Source: Candidatus Poseidoniaceae archaeon
Lineage (GTDB): Archaea > Thermoplasmatota > Poseidoniia > Poseidoniales > Poseidoniaceae
Direction of reading: 5' to 3'
DNA: 32,000 bases
Assembly: GCA_943789275.1 (NCBI GenBank)
Contig: CALSTM010000001.1
Location: 150,001-182,000 of the forward strand
How positions within the stretch are numbered: position 1 is the stretch's first letter; each line of letters begins with the position of its first letter. Below the pieces are notes generated by a model. It was not told the origin of the DNA and ran no database searches. It saw only the letters and a list, made by a program, of their open reading frames with translations. Below are positions 7,021 through 14,251 of the stretch, piece by piece. The position numbers were made by a program, and so were the translations under genes.

Positions 7021-9819
7021 ATGAATATGAGGATGCGCTTACTGTGCTTGTTGGTCCTCCTCGGACTCGTGTTGCCAAGCTTGTCAGGGCATGTGTCTGC
7101 CGGCCATCCACCTGAAGACCAATCGTTTACAACACCGCACACTGGTGTTGATTTTCCTGTTGGTTGGGAAGACTTCAGTTACTTTACAGGTTCCGGATTC
7201 ACAACCGTACAACGCGAGTACAGGCTGCTTTATCCGGCAATGACCGCTGGTGAAGGGAGTGATATGGCCGGCAACGGTCCTTTCCCAAACGTCCAATTTT
7301 TCGTTGACTCAGGTGAATCTTCTTCTTCATACATGGACTTCGCCTCCCGTTTGGTTGAAAGAGGATTTATGGTCGCCGTTCTCGATGATGCCTTGGACTC
7401 CACAGATTTGAGTTCGATTCTGGAACACACAACCGGTATTCGGAAAAACTTGGCACAACTCAACAACACCAGTAGCAGTTCTGTTGGGGGTACATTTGGC
7501 CAATTCGATCTCAGCCATTGGGGCATGGGTGGCCATGGAGTTGGTGCCGCAGCCGCATACGGCGCATATCCATACTGGATGAATTCAACGCTCCAAGAAT
7601 CCGTTCAACCTCCGAGAGCAGTTTTTGGAGTCGGGTCTGATTTTGGTGATTGGGATGATGACCACTGGGATGAATTGGCCCCTGAAAATTGGATACATTC
7701 ACCAGCATCGCCTGCAGCAGGTCTGTTCCTCACCGGTTCAGCAGACGAGGTGTTTTCTTCGAGCGATGTGGAAAACACCCTCTCCAACGGTGATGGCTTC
7801 GGATGGCAACTGATGGAAGTGCTTGGTGCAGACCATTACCAATATCAAGATTCGACCTCGCTTTTCGAAGGCTTCAACGATGGCGATGCATCACTTACTC
7901 AGGACCAACAAAACTCCATTGCAGCAGAGCATATTAACGACTATCTCGATGTCACACTGCGCGGTTCTCACGAGCATTTCCGAGATGCTTTCAATCGCCC
8001 ACTCGGCCCTCACGTCGTCAGTGATTCTGATGCTTACATCGTCGAAAATCTTCTCCAAAGTAATTTCCTGTTGGTGAATGAAACGCAAATTACTCCGAAT
8101 GGGACGGCAACTTTCGGGCCACAGGTGACGGTTAATTTCTTTGCTGACTGGACCATGAGGGATGGCCGAAACCTTTCTGATTTGCCGACTGGATGGGATT
8201 TGAACATTGAATGTGCAGTTTCTGGAATGGATGCCACAGAAGGCCAGTTTGATGCGAACGGTACGGCAATTTGCTTGTTCCCCATGCAAGATGTAGCGCC
8301 AGGTTTCCATACTGCAACCCTTCGAATTTTCGTCGAAGGTGCTTCAACGACGCTCGATTTTTCCTTCAACCGCACCGATGCTCCACTGGTTGTTGTATCA
8401 CCACCTCCGCCTATTGATGTTGAACAACGCAGCAGCATCCATATTGATGCTGCGGCATACGCATACGATCCGGACGGGCAAGAAGTGTTTGTTCAGTCCG
8501 CACAGTTTACAGGTGGTTCAACTGAGGATTTCACCGTCACCATTGACCAAGATCAAAAAGGAGTTCAGATTTATCACAGCGTTGATGGGGAAGAAGTCAA
8601 CGGTACTGAGATCACCATGGTTTTGCGGGCTGGCGGTGATGGTGTCATTGATGAAGCAAACACGACGGCCCTTGTTCGTGTAATACCTGTCGATGACCCG
8701 GTCAGCAAAGTTGCAGATGTGCCTATGCAGAACATGATTGAAGACGGAGCATCGGTGACGGTCAATCTTTCGCAGTTTGTCAGCGACCCTGAAGGCGAAA
8801 TCTTGTTCGGAACGGCTGGAGGGTACACAGAAGGTGTCTATGGTCCAGTGGGTTTTTCGTTGGCAGACGGCTTCCTCACCCTTTCACCCCTTCCCGATAA
8901 AAACGGCGCAACCGTCATGCATTTACTCGTTGGTGACGGTACGACCGTTCCCGTCGAATTGGATGTTCCCTTGTACGTAGAACCCGTCAATGATGACATC
9001 ATCGTCAATGAATCCAACTGGAACTTGACCGTTGAAGAAGATGGAAGTCTTTCTGTACATCTTTCAGATTTGGCGTGGGACGTCGATGGAGACAATTTGT
9101 TTTGGACAATCAACAGTTCTTCTCAATCAGTCAGCGTAGTGCGTTCAGCTGGACAACTTCTCATTACTCCTCAACTCGATTATTCTGGTACAGATGTACT
9201 CACGAGCATCAATGTAACGGACCAAACGATGACCGTTCATCGGGTGTTGAACATCAGTGTGACTTCTTCACCGGATGCACCTGTGTTGATCCTTCAAGAG
9301 ATAAATCTCATCGATTCAACCGCTGGAAGTTTGCAATGGTGGGTCTTTGATGCCGACGGTGTTATTCCTGAACAAAGTGAAATCCAAGTGAATGGGACCA
9401 CGATTGAAAATCTGACTCATTCATGCGTATACGACAGCAACGATTTGACCAATCGATGCCTTTCGATGCTACCGCTGCCCGAATCTCACAACGGCACGGT
9501 GGAAGTGCGAGTCTCCGTATACGATGCTGAGATTGGAGCGAATACGGTAGCCTACATTTCGGTCAACATGACGCCTTCAATCAACGAACCAGTGGTCATC
9601 GTTGACTCAAATGATTCTGAGTCTGGAAGTTTAACCTTCTATGTCTTCGGATTCGGTGCAGTGGCATTCGTCATTCTCATCATCCTGTTTGTTGTGTTGC
9701 GCGATGCATCCTCTTCTTCAAAGACAACCCCAACTGAACTCGCATCGTCGCAACCAAGTACCGAAGAAGATGCTCATGCTTCGGTAGGTCTGCTCGCTCG
9801 AGCCAAACAACAACAGTAG
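7021..9819 (+). CDS. secreted, C-terminally membrane-anchored surface protein: alpha/beta-hydrolase-like domain, a beta-rich region, and cadherin-like repeats
   Basis: The 932-aa ORF has an ATG start.
- Signal peptide: MNMRMRLLCLLVLLGLVLPSLSGHVSA.
- aa ~60-330 are collinear with cutinase/dienelactone-hydrolase folds (YRLLYPA..GPFP..FVDSG..FASRLVERGFMVAVLD...GMGGHGVGAAAA...LTGSADEV...LGADHYQ).
- aa ~455-860 contain about 4 repeats of about 100 aa, with linker motifs (IPVDDPV, VEPVNDDIIV, SSPDAPV) and acidic DxDG/DPEG/DVDGD motifs typical of cadherin-like or VCBS-type adhesin repeats.
- C-terminal TM helix: LTFYVFGFGAVAFVILIILFVVL (about 9631..9699), followed by a 39-aa tail. Confidence 0.85.
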   Translation: MNMRMRLLCLLVLLGLVLPSLSGHVSAGHPPEDQSFTTPHTGVDFPVGWEDFSYFTGSGFTTVQREYRLLYPAMTAGEGSDMAGNGPFPNVQFFVDSGESSSSYMDFASRLVERGFMVAVLDDALDSTDLSSILEHTTGIRKNLAQLNNTSSSSVGGTFGQFDLSHWGMGGHGVGAAAAYGAYPYWMNSTLQESVQPPRAVFGVGSDFGDWDDDHWDELAPENWIHSPASPAAGLFLTGSADEVFSSSDVENTLSNGDGFGWQLMEVLGADHYQYQDSTSLFEGFNDGDASLTQDQQNSIAAEHINDYLDVTLRGSHEHFRDAFNRPLGPHVVSDSDAYIVENLLQSNFLLVNETQITPNGTATFGPQVTVNFFADWTMRDGRNLSDLPTGWDLNIECAVSGMDATEGQFDANGTAICLFPMQDVAPGFHTATLRIFVEGASTTLDFSFNRTDAPLVVVSPPPPIDVEQRSSIHIDAAAYAYDPDGQEVFVQSAQFTGGSTEDFTVTIDQDQKGVQIYHSVDGEEVNGTEITMVLRAGGDGVIDEANTTALVRVIPVDDPVSKVADVPMQNMIEDGASVTVNLSQFVSDPEGEILFGTAGGYTEGVYGPVGFSLADGFLTLSPLPDKNGATVMHLLVGDGTTVPVELDVPLYVEPVNDDIIVNESNWNLTVEEDGSLSVHLSDLAWDVDGDNLFWTINSSSQSVSVVRSAGQLLITPQLDYSGTDVLTSINVTDQTMTVHRVLNISVTSSPDAPVLILQEINLIDSTAGSLQWWVFDADGVIPEQSEIQVNGTTIENLTHSCVYDSNDLTNRCLSMLPLPESHNGTVEVRVSVYDAEIGANTVAYISVNMTPSINEPVVIVDSNDSESGSLTFYVFGFGAVAFVILIILFVVLRDASSSSKTTPTELASSQPSTEEDAHASVGLLARAKQQQ

Positions 9820-9823
9820 CGTC

Positions 9824-11386
9824 TCACAATGGTATGTTGCCATGTTTCTTTGGCGGACTCCATTCACGCTTTGATTGGAGAATGTTCAATGCACGGCAAA
9901 GGCGCAATCGACTTTCACTCGGTTCGATGACATCATCCAGCCACCCGTTTCGTGCAGCAACGTAAGGGTCGCCGAACTTTGCTTTGTATTCAGCGATGAG
10001 TTGTTGTCGGATTTCCTCACGCTTTTCTTCAGGTGCCTTTTTGATTTCCGTTCTGTGAATGACATTGACTGCTCCTTCAGCCCCCATCACTGCCAACTCT
10101 GCAGTCGGCCATGCAATGTTATAGTCGCTTTGTAAATGCTTACAGGACATGGCCAAATAAGCCCCGCCGTATGCTTTTCGAGTCACGAGGGTGAGCTTGG
10201 GGACCGTTGCCTCAGCATAGGCAAACAACAGTTTTGCTCCATGACGAATAATTCCACCCCATTCTTGGACGACACCGGGCAAGAACCCGGGTACATCCTC
10301 AAAGGTGACCAAGGGTATGTTGAACGAATCGCACGTACGAATGAACCGTGCAGCCTTTACAGATGCGTCGATGTCAAGACAACCTGCCAAGACTTTCGGT
10401 TGGTTACCGACGACTCCAATTGTCTTGCCCTCAAGTCGAGCAAAACCGATGATGATGTTATCAGCATACGATTCAAAGAGTTCCATAAAGATGCCATCAT
10501 CGACAATCTCCTCGACCACTTTGACCATGTCGTACGGTTTGTTCGGGTTGTCGGGGACAAAAGTTTCCAAATCGGGGTTTAATCGGTTGGCTGGGTCTGC
10601 TGTTTCTTCAAAAGGTGCATCGGCCATATTGTGGTCTGGAAGGTAAGATAAAATTTCACTGGCGAGGGTGCAGGCGTCTTCTTCATCATCCGCAATTAAG
10701 CAGGCTATGCCTGAGCGTGAAGCGTGCAATGATGCACCTCCAAGGCCCGCTGCGTCAATTTCGCCTTCGATCACTTCTGGAGTTTCAAGCGGTGAAGAGA
10801 GGAATAACTGGCCGTGGTCTTCGCCAAGAATCGTAAAATCAGCAAGGCTTGCCGCTAATGCAGAAACACCGACGACCGGTCCAAGTACCAAACTAATCAT
10901 CGGAATTCTGCCGCTGCATTGTACCAACCTGTCGAGTAATTCCCCTGTGCCGGCAAGTGCAGATACGCCGTCATGAGCGCGCTGACCACCGCCGTCCCAC
11001 ATGCAGATGATTGGAACTTTCGCTCGTTCAGCCATCTCAATAATTTTGCCGATTTTCTTGGCATGCATTTCACCCATGCTACCGCCGTGAACGCTGAAAT
11101 CTTGAGCGAAGCAGTAGATTCGTCTTCCATTGATTGTTCCGTGCCCAGCAACAACTCCGTCACCAAGGGTGTGGTGAAGGAACATTCCGTTGTCGGTTGA
11201 GCGATGGGTGACAAAGGAGTCGATTTCAATAAACGAGTTCTCGTCGAGAAGCATTCCTATTCGGTCTCGAGCAGTGCCTCTACCGCTGCTGCGTATGGCT
11301 TCTTGGCGTTTGAGGCCGCCACCAAGGCGAGCCTGCTCGCGCTTGTATTGGAGTTCCTCGAGACGCTCACTCGAATTGCCTGCCAT
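9824..11386 (-). CDS. acyl-CoA carboxylase carboxyltransferase subunit (propionyl-CoA carboxylase beta / methylmalonyl-CoA decarboxylase alpha family)
   Basis: The track ORF starts at a TTG (11419). The first ATG, at 11386, gives MAGNSSERLEELQYKREQARLGGG, the family's typical N-terminus. Both carboxyltransferase halves are present (GTINGRRIYCFAQDFSVHGGSMGEMHAKKI and GFARLEGKTIGVVGNQPKVLAGCLDIDASVKAARFIRTCDSFNIPLVTFEDVPGFLPG). I cannot separate PccB from MmdA by eye. Confidence 0.9.
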   Translation of the reverse strand: MAGNSSERLEELQYKREQARLGGGLKRQEAIRSSGRGTARDRIGMLLDENSFIEIDSFVTHRSTDNGMFLHHTLGDGVVAGHGTINGRRIYCFAQDFSVHGGSMGEMHAKKIGKIIEMAERAKVPIICMWDGGGQRAHDGVSALAGTGELLDRLVQCSGRIPMISLVLGPVVGVSALAASLADFTILGEDHGQLFLSSPLETPEVIEGEIDAAGLGGASLHASRSGIACLIADDEEDACTLASEILSYLPDHNMADAPFEETADPANRLNPDLETFVPDNPNKPYDMVKVVEEIVDDGIFMELFESYADNIIIGFARLEGKTIGVVGNQPKVLAGCLDIDASVKAARFIRTCDSFNIPLVTFEDVPGFLPGVVQEWGGIIRHGAKLLFAYAEATVPKLTLVTRKAYGGAYLAMSCKHLQSDYNIAWPTAELAVMGAEGAVNVIHRTEIKKAPEEKREEIRQQLIAEYKAKFGDPYVAARNGWLDDVIEPSESRLRLCRALNILQSKREWSPPKKHGNIPL

Positions 11387-11423
11387 GTCTTCTCCACCAC
11401 TTCTCGGTTTTTCATTCAAGCGC

Positions 11424-12785
11424 CTAATTCATGAGGAGATTGTTTCCTTCTCCGCAAAGATTTGTGCCAATTGCATCCTCGAGTTTCACGTTGTTGGAAA
11501 GAGCCCAATGAACCTTGACAATCACAGTATCAGGTGCAGCAACACTGCCATGACCCATGATTCCCATTTCCATTTGTTTTCTGCCCTTGGAATAGACGTT
11601 CATATCCACTGGGCCGTGAATACACTGGTTGGTGACAATAATCGGAATCTCTCTGTTGATGCATCGGGTAAGTGCTCTCCAAACTTTGGTGTTCTCTGGA
11701 GCATCCTTTCCTGGGTCCTCAATGGGCAAATGCCCGAGCCCAGTTCCCTGAATGACAATTGCTTGAACACCCGTCTGAACAATGGCTTCAATTTCTTCCG
11801 AGTGAAGCCAAGGACCAGAAATGAACTGAGCAATTCTCGTACTTTTCTCGTAGGTCGTCGGACGTTCGCAAACGGGTCGCGTTGTGCTGTTTTTGCGTAG
11901 CGTTTCGTAGAAGTCGGTGTTCGTGTGACTCAGTTCCCCGTTGTCGATGGTAACATGAGCCAAGGCTTCACAGTTCACCGGTTGGAATGCATCACGGCGT
12001 GAGGAGTGCATCTTCCGAACTCCGGTGCCTGGATAGACTGCGCATTCACCGTCGTTGTTGGTTGAATGCATAACCAAGACGACTCCATCTCCAGCATCAC
12101 CACAGGGCTGAGGGCCATTTGCCGCCCAATGAACTGCTGAAAGAAGGTTTTCTGCGGCGTCGGAGGAGCCTCTGTCTGAAGACCGTTGCGAGCCGACAAA
12201 CGCAATTCGCCCCGGTGCCACTTCGCCCTTTCCACCCCAAGCAAAACTCATCGCAGCCGACGAGATGTGGAGCGTGTCAGTTCCATGGGTGACCACAACG
12301 CCATCACAGCCGTCGTCAAACGCCTGCTTTGATGCTTGTATCATGATGTTCCAATGCTGAGGGCGAATGTCGTCGCTGAACATGTTACCAAGTTTGACCG
12401 CTTCGATGTTTGCAATCTGAGCGAGTTCAGGTAGACTCGCAATCATTTCTTCCGGTTCAAATCGAGCCACAACCGCCCCGGTTGTGTAATCGACTTTGGA
12501 GGCGATTGTGCCGCCAGTATGCAGAATTCGAATGCGTGGAAGTGCATCGTTCGTCACTCTTTCCTGCTTTGGAGCGTTTGTTGCGGCAGGAGGGGATTGG
12601 GTCGGTAGCAGTTCGACGGATGTGACTTCATTGAGAGGATAACTGGCATTGTAGCCGTTGACCAGTTTAACAGTCAGGTGGTTTTTTGCGGCTGGATGCA
12701 GTACTACGCCTTCAATGTAAGTTTGCCCATTTCGTGTTTCCACTTCGAGTTTAACCCGTTGGCCTGCAGGAGGGACATCAACCAT
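11424..12785 (-). CDS. gatD: glutamyl-tRNA(Gln) amidotransferase subunit D
   Basis: Archaeal GatD layout is present. An N-terminal beta domain (VKLEVETRNGQTYIEGVVL...VKLVNGYNASYPLNEV) precedes an asparaginase-type core (ILHTGGTIASKVDYTTGAV, VVTHGTDTL). The track ORF (to 12923, TTG start) runs through a tRNA gene. ATG 12785 (MVDVPPAGQRV...) is the realistic start. Confidence 0.9.
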   Translation of the reverse strand: MVDVPPAGQRVKLEVETRNGQTYIEGVVLHPAAKNHLTVKLVNGYNASYPLNEVTSVELLPTQSPPAATNAPKQERVTNDALPRIRILHTGGTIASKVDYTTGAVVARFEPEEMIASLPELAQIANIEAVKLGNMFSDDIRPQHWNIMIQASKQAFDDGCDGVVVTHGTDTLHISSAAMSFAWGGKGEVAPGRIAFVGSQRSSDRGSSDAAENLLSAVHWAANGPQPCGDAGDGVVLVMHSTNNDGECAVYPGTGVRKMHSSRRDAFQPVNCEALAHVTIDNGELSHTNTDFYETLRKNSTTRPVCERPTTYEKSTRIAQFISGPWLHSEEIEAIVQTGVQAIVIQGTGLGHLPIEDPGKDAPENTKVWRALTRCINREIPIIVTNQCIHGPVDMNVYSKGRKQMEMGIMGHGSVAAPDTVIVKVHWALSNNVKLEDAIGTNLCGEGNNLLMN

Positions 12786-12868
12786 GACTTGGCTAATGGA
12801 GGGGGGCACATCAAGGGTTCGCCATTTACTTGTGGCAAAACCCGTTCGTACCGACGCCCTGAGATGTG

Positions 12869-12998
12869 TGGTGCCGGGAGCGGGGCTTGAACCCGCGACC
12901 TTCGGATGTCTCAGACACCGCAAGGGGTTTGCACGTCATACGATTGCCTTGTAGGCTGCCCTATGAGTCCGACGCGCCACCAACTACGCCACCCCGGC
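12869..12998 (-). tRNA. tRNA with CAU anticodon (elongator tRNA-Met, or tRNA-Ile2) containing a 54-nt intron at the canonical 37/38 position; CCA is encoded
   Basis: I folded the reverse strand by hand.
- Acceptor stem: GCCGGGG / TCCCGGC (G7-U66 wobble).
- D arm: GCGT-AGTTGGTG-GCGC.
- Anticodon stem: TCGGA / TCCGA.
- Anticodon loop: CTCATA|...|A, with anticodon CAT at 12963..12965.
- Variable loop: AGGTC.
- T arm: GCGGG-TTCAAGC-CCCGC.
- Discriminator A, then CCA.

The G1-C72 pair and the anticodon stem argue against an initiator tRNA. The mature length is 73 nt without CCA. Confidence 0.85.
12908..12961 (-). other. tRNA intron with bulge-helix-bulge (3-4-3) splice motif
   Basis: The 4-bp helix CTCA/TGAG is flanked by 3-nt bulges TAG (5' splice site after A37) and ACA (3' splice site before A38). 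There is an outer helix GGCA/TGTC and an internal stem CAAGG/CCTTG. This matches the substrate geometry of the archaeal splicing endonuclease. Confidence 0.75.
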
Positions 12999-13096
12999 TT
13001 ATCTCTCGCCTGTCGCGTTCCCCATTTCAACCATACGGATGAAAAGTGATGTAAAATCACCGTAGCCTTCATGCACTCTACGCCTCACGGACAACT

Positions 13097-14014
13097 ATGG
13101 TTGACCTCAATACTGCTATGGCTGCCGCTGCAGGCGAACGCCAGAAGCGTATGGCAGATGAGGGGAAGGAGCGTAAGAAGCGGCGCAGTGGCAGCGACCT
13201 TGGAATCGAGGCCTTTGACCCCGTGAAACACGTGACCAAAGAAAAAGCAGAAACCGTCTCAATGTGGCTGGTTATCGGTTTCTCAGTTCTCGTGTCCTTG
13301 TTGATGCGCTATGTGCTCATGCCGCGCACCACTGTTGAGAAATCCGACATTCTCTATCTTGCGCCCTTGGCTGCAATCGCACTTATTCCTCAAGTCCACC
13401 GCATTGTTTTGCCAGAATCATTGAATGAGGTGTACACGAAGGGAACTTGGTTCAAGGCTGGGTTTCTCCACACCTTTACTTTCCTTGCCATGGCTTTCTT
13501 GTTGGTGAATCCACCGTTGGGTGACATCGCCGCACCTCAACTTGCTGACAAATGGGTTTTGGTACAAGATGAGGGCGATGAACTCAATTTTTCACAGATG
13601 AAGGGTGCTTCATCTTCACTGACTTGGGAGGTCGATTCAGGCAGTGGTCTCTCTGGTGATGTTTGGCTCCTGTTTGGACTTGCTGATAATCTCAATGTAG
13701 AAGGTGCCAATGTGACGGTGGAGCTCACGAACAATGCTGGTAACGAACTGCAAATTTCGAACGACCTCGGTTTCTGGGACAACAACTCAGTATCGATTGC
13801 TAACAATACGACTTCGCGCTCTTCGGTTTCGAAATTGATACCTCATGGTGATCTCGATCAACGTTTTGCAATCTTACTCGGAACCGATTTGGCGGTTGGC
13901 GAACATCAAATCACCGTCAATATTGTTGAGCAAGGGGACCCTTGGGAAAACACACGTGAGTACGTTTGGAACTTGCTCATCGTTGAAAAACTACCAGATG
14001 CAGATGCTTCATGA
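13097..14014 (+). CDS. membrane protein with C-terminal extracytoplasmic beta-rich domain, unknown function
   Basis: The 305-aa ORF has an ATG start. A basic N-terminus (ERQKRMADEGKERKKRRSG) precedes three hydrophobic helices (VSMWLVIGFSVLVSLLM, ILYLAPLAAIALIPQV, AGFLHTFTFLAMAFLLV). These are followed by a region of about 170 aa that is rich in Asn, Ser and Val and carries NxS/T sequons. I recognised no family. Confidence 0.6.
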   Translation: MVDLNTAMAAAAGERQKRMADEGKERKKRRSGSDLGIEAFDPVKHVTKEKAETVSMWLVIGFSVLVSLLMRYVLMPRTTVEKSDILYLAPLAAIALIPQVHRIVLPESLNEVYTKGTWFKAGFLHTFTFLAMAFLLVNPPLGDIAAPQLADKWVLVQDEGDELNFSQMKGASSSLTWEVDSGSGLSGDVWLLFGLADNLNVEGANVTVELTNNAGNELQISNDLGFWDNNSVSIANNTTSRSSVSKLIPHGDLDQRFAILLGTDLAVGEHQITVNIVEQGDPWENTREYVWNLLIVEKLPDADAS

Positions 14015-14233
14015 CAGCATATCGCTGTGCGCAACAAGTATTCTGTTGAGCAAGCGGCTGATTCGGTGAATGTCTCGTTGTTCTTGGGTTTGCTTTTGCA
14101 ATTGCCGTGCACGAAGATGCCTTACCAGAGGGGCAGCAGCAGTCCAGCACATGATGTCCAGTGAGCGGTTCAGAAGGGTGGTCATGATGGGGGGTAGGTG
14201 CAATCAATGGAGTGGTTTCTTCACGCCCGTTAA

Positions 14234-14251
14234 GTGAAAGTGAAAGTGAAA
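14234..14251. repeat. (GTGAAA)x3 hexamer tandem repeat directly abutting the RFC stop codon
   Basis: The sequence gtgaaagtgaaagtgaaa is followed by tta, which is TAA on the minus strand. On the RFC strand this reads TTTCACTTTCACTTTCAC immediately after the stop codon. Those pyrimidine/T-rich runs could contribute to archaeal transcription termination. Confidence 0.8.

Noticed and set aside
7084-9350. Numerous 60-140 aa ORFs on both strands inside the 932-aa surface-protein gene (for example 7891-8310 and 8034-8438)
   Set aside because: All are nested in a long CDS with a coherent signal peptide, domains and TM anchor. None shows a motif or independent start context.
9631-9819. PGF-CTERM / archaeosortase sorting signal at the C-termini of the surface proteins
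   Set aside because: No PGF/PEF tripeptide precedes the hydrophobic helix. The helices are followed by 39- to 110-aa hydrophilic tails rather than a short basic stub.
11190-11900. 236-aa plus-strand ORF spanning the carboxyltransferase/gatD junction
   Set aside because: It is antisense to two strongly supported genes and crosses their 37-nt intergenic spacer. The translation is Ser/Arg/Leu-rich with no family resemblance.
12786-12923. N-terminal 46 codons of the 499-aa track ORF (MRCLRHPKVAGSSPAPGTTHLRASVRTGFATSKWRTLDVPPSISQV)
   Set aside because: This stretch starts at a TTG and is the reverse-strand read-through of the 3' half of a tRNA gene and its flank. GatD homology begins only after ATG 12785.
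12908-12961. Possible box C/D guide RNA inside the tRNA intron (UAUGACG and CUGA elements), as known for some euryarchaeal pre-tRNA introns
   Set aside because: The C-like element matches only the AUGA core. The CUGA is part of the BHB central helix (TGAG pairs with CTCA). No 10-12 nt guide complementary to the anticodon-loop region (ATGAGTCCGA) is present.
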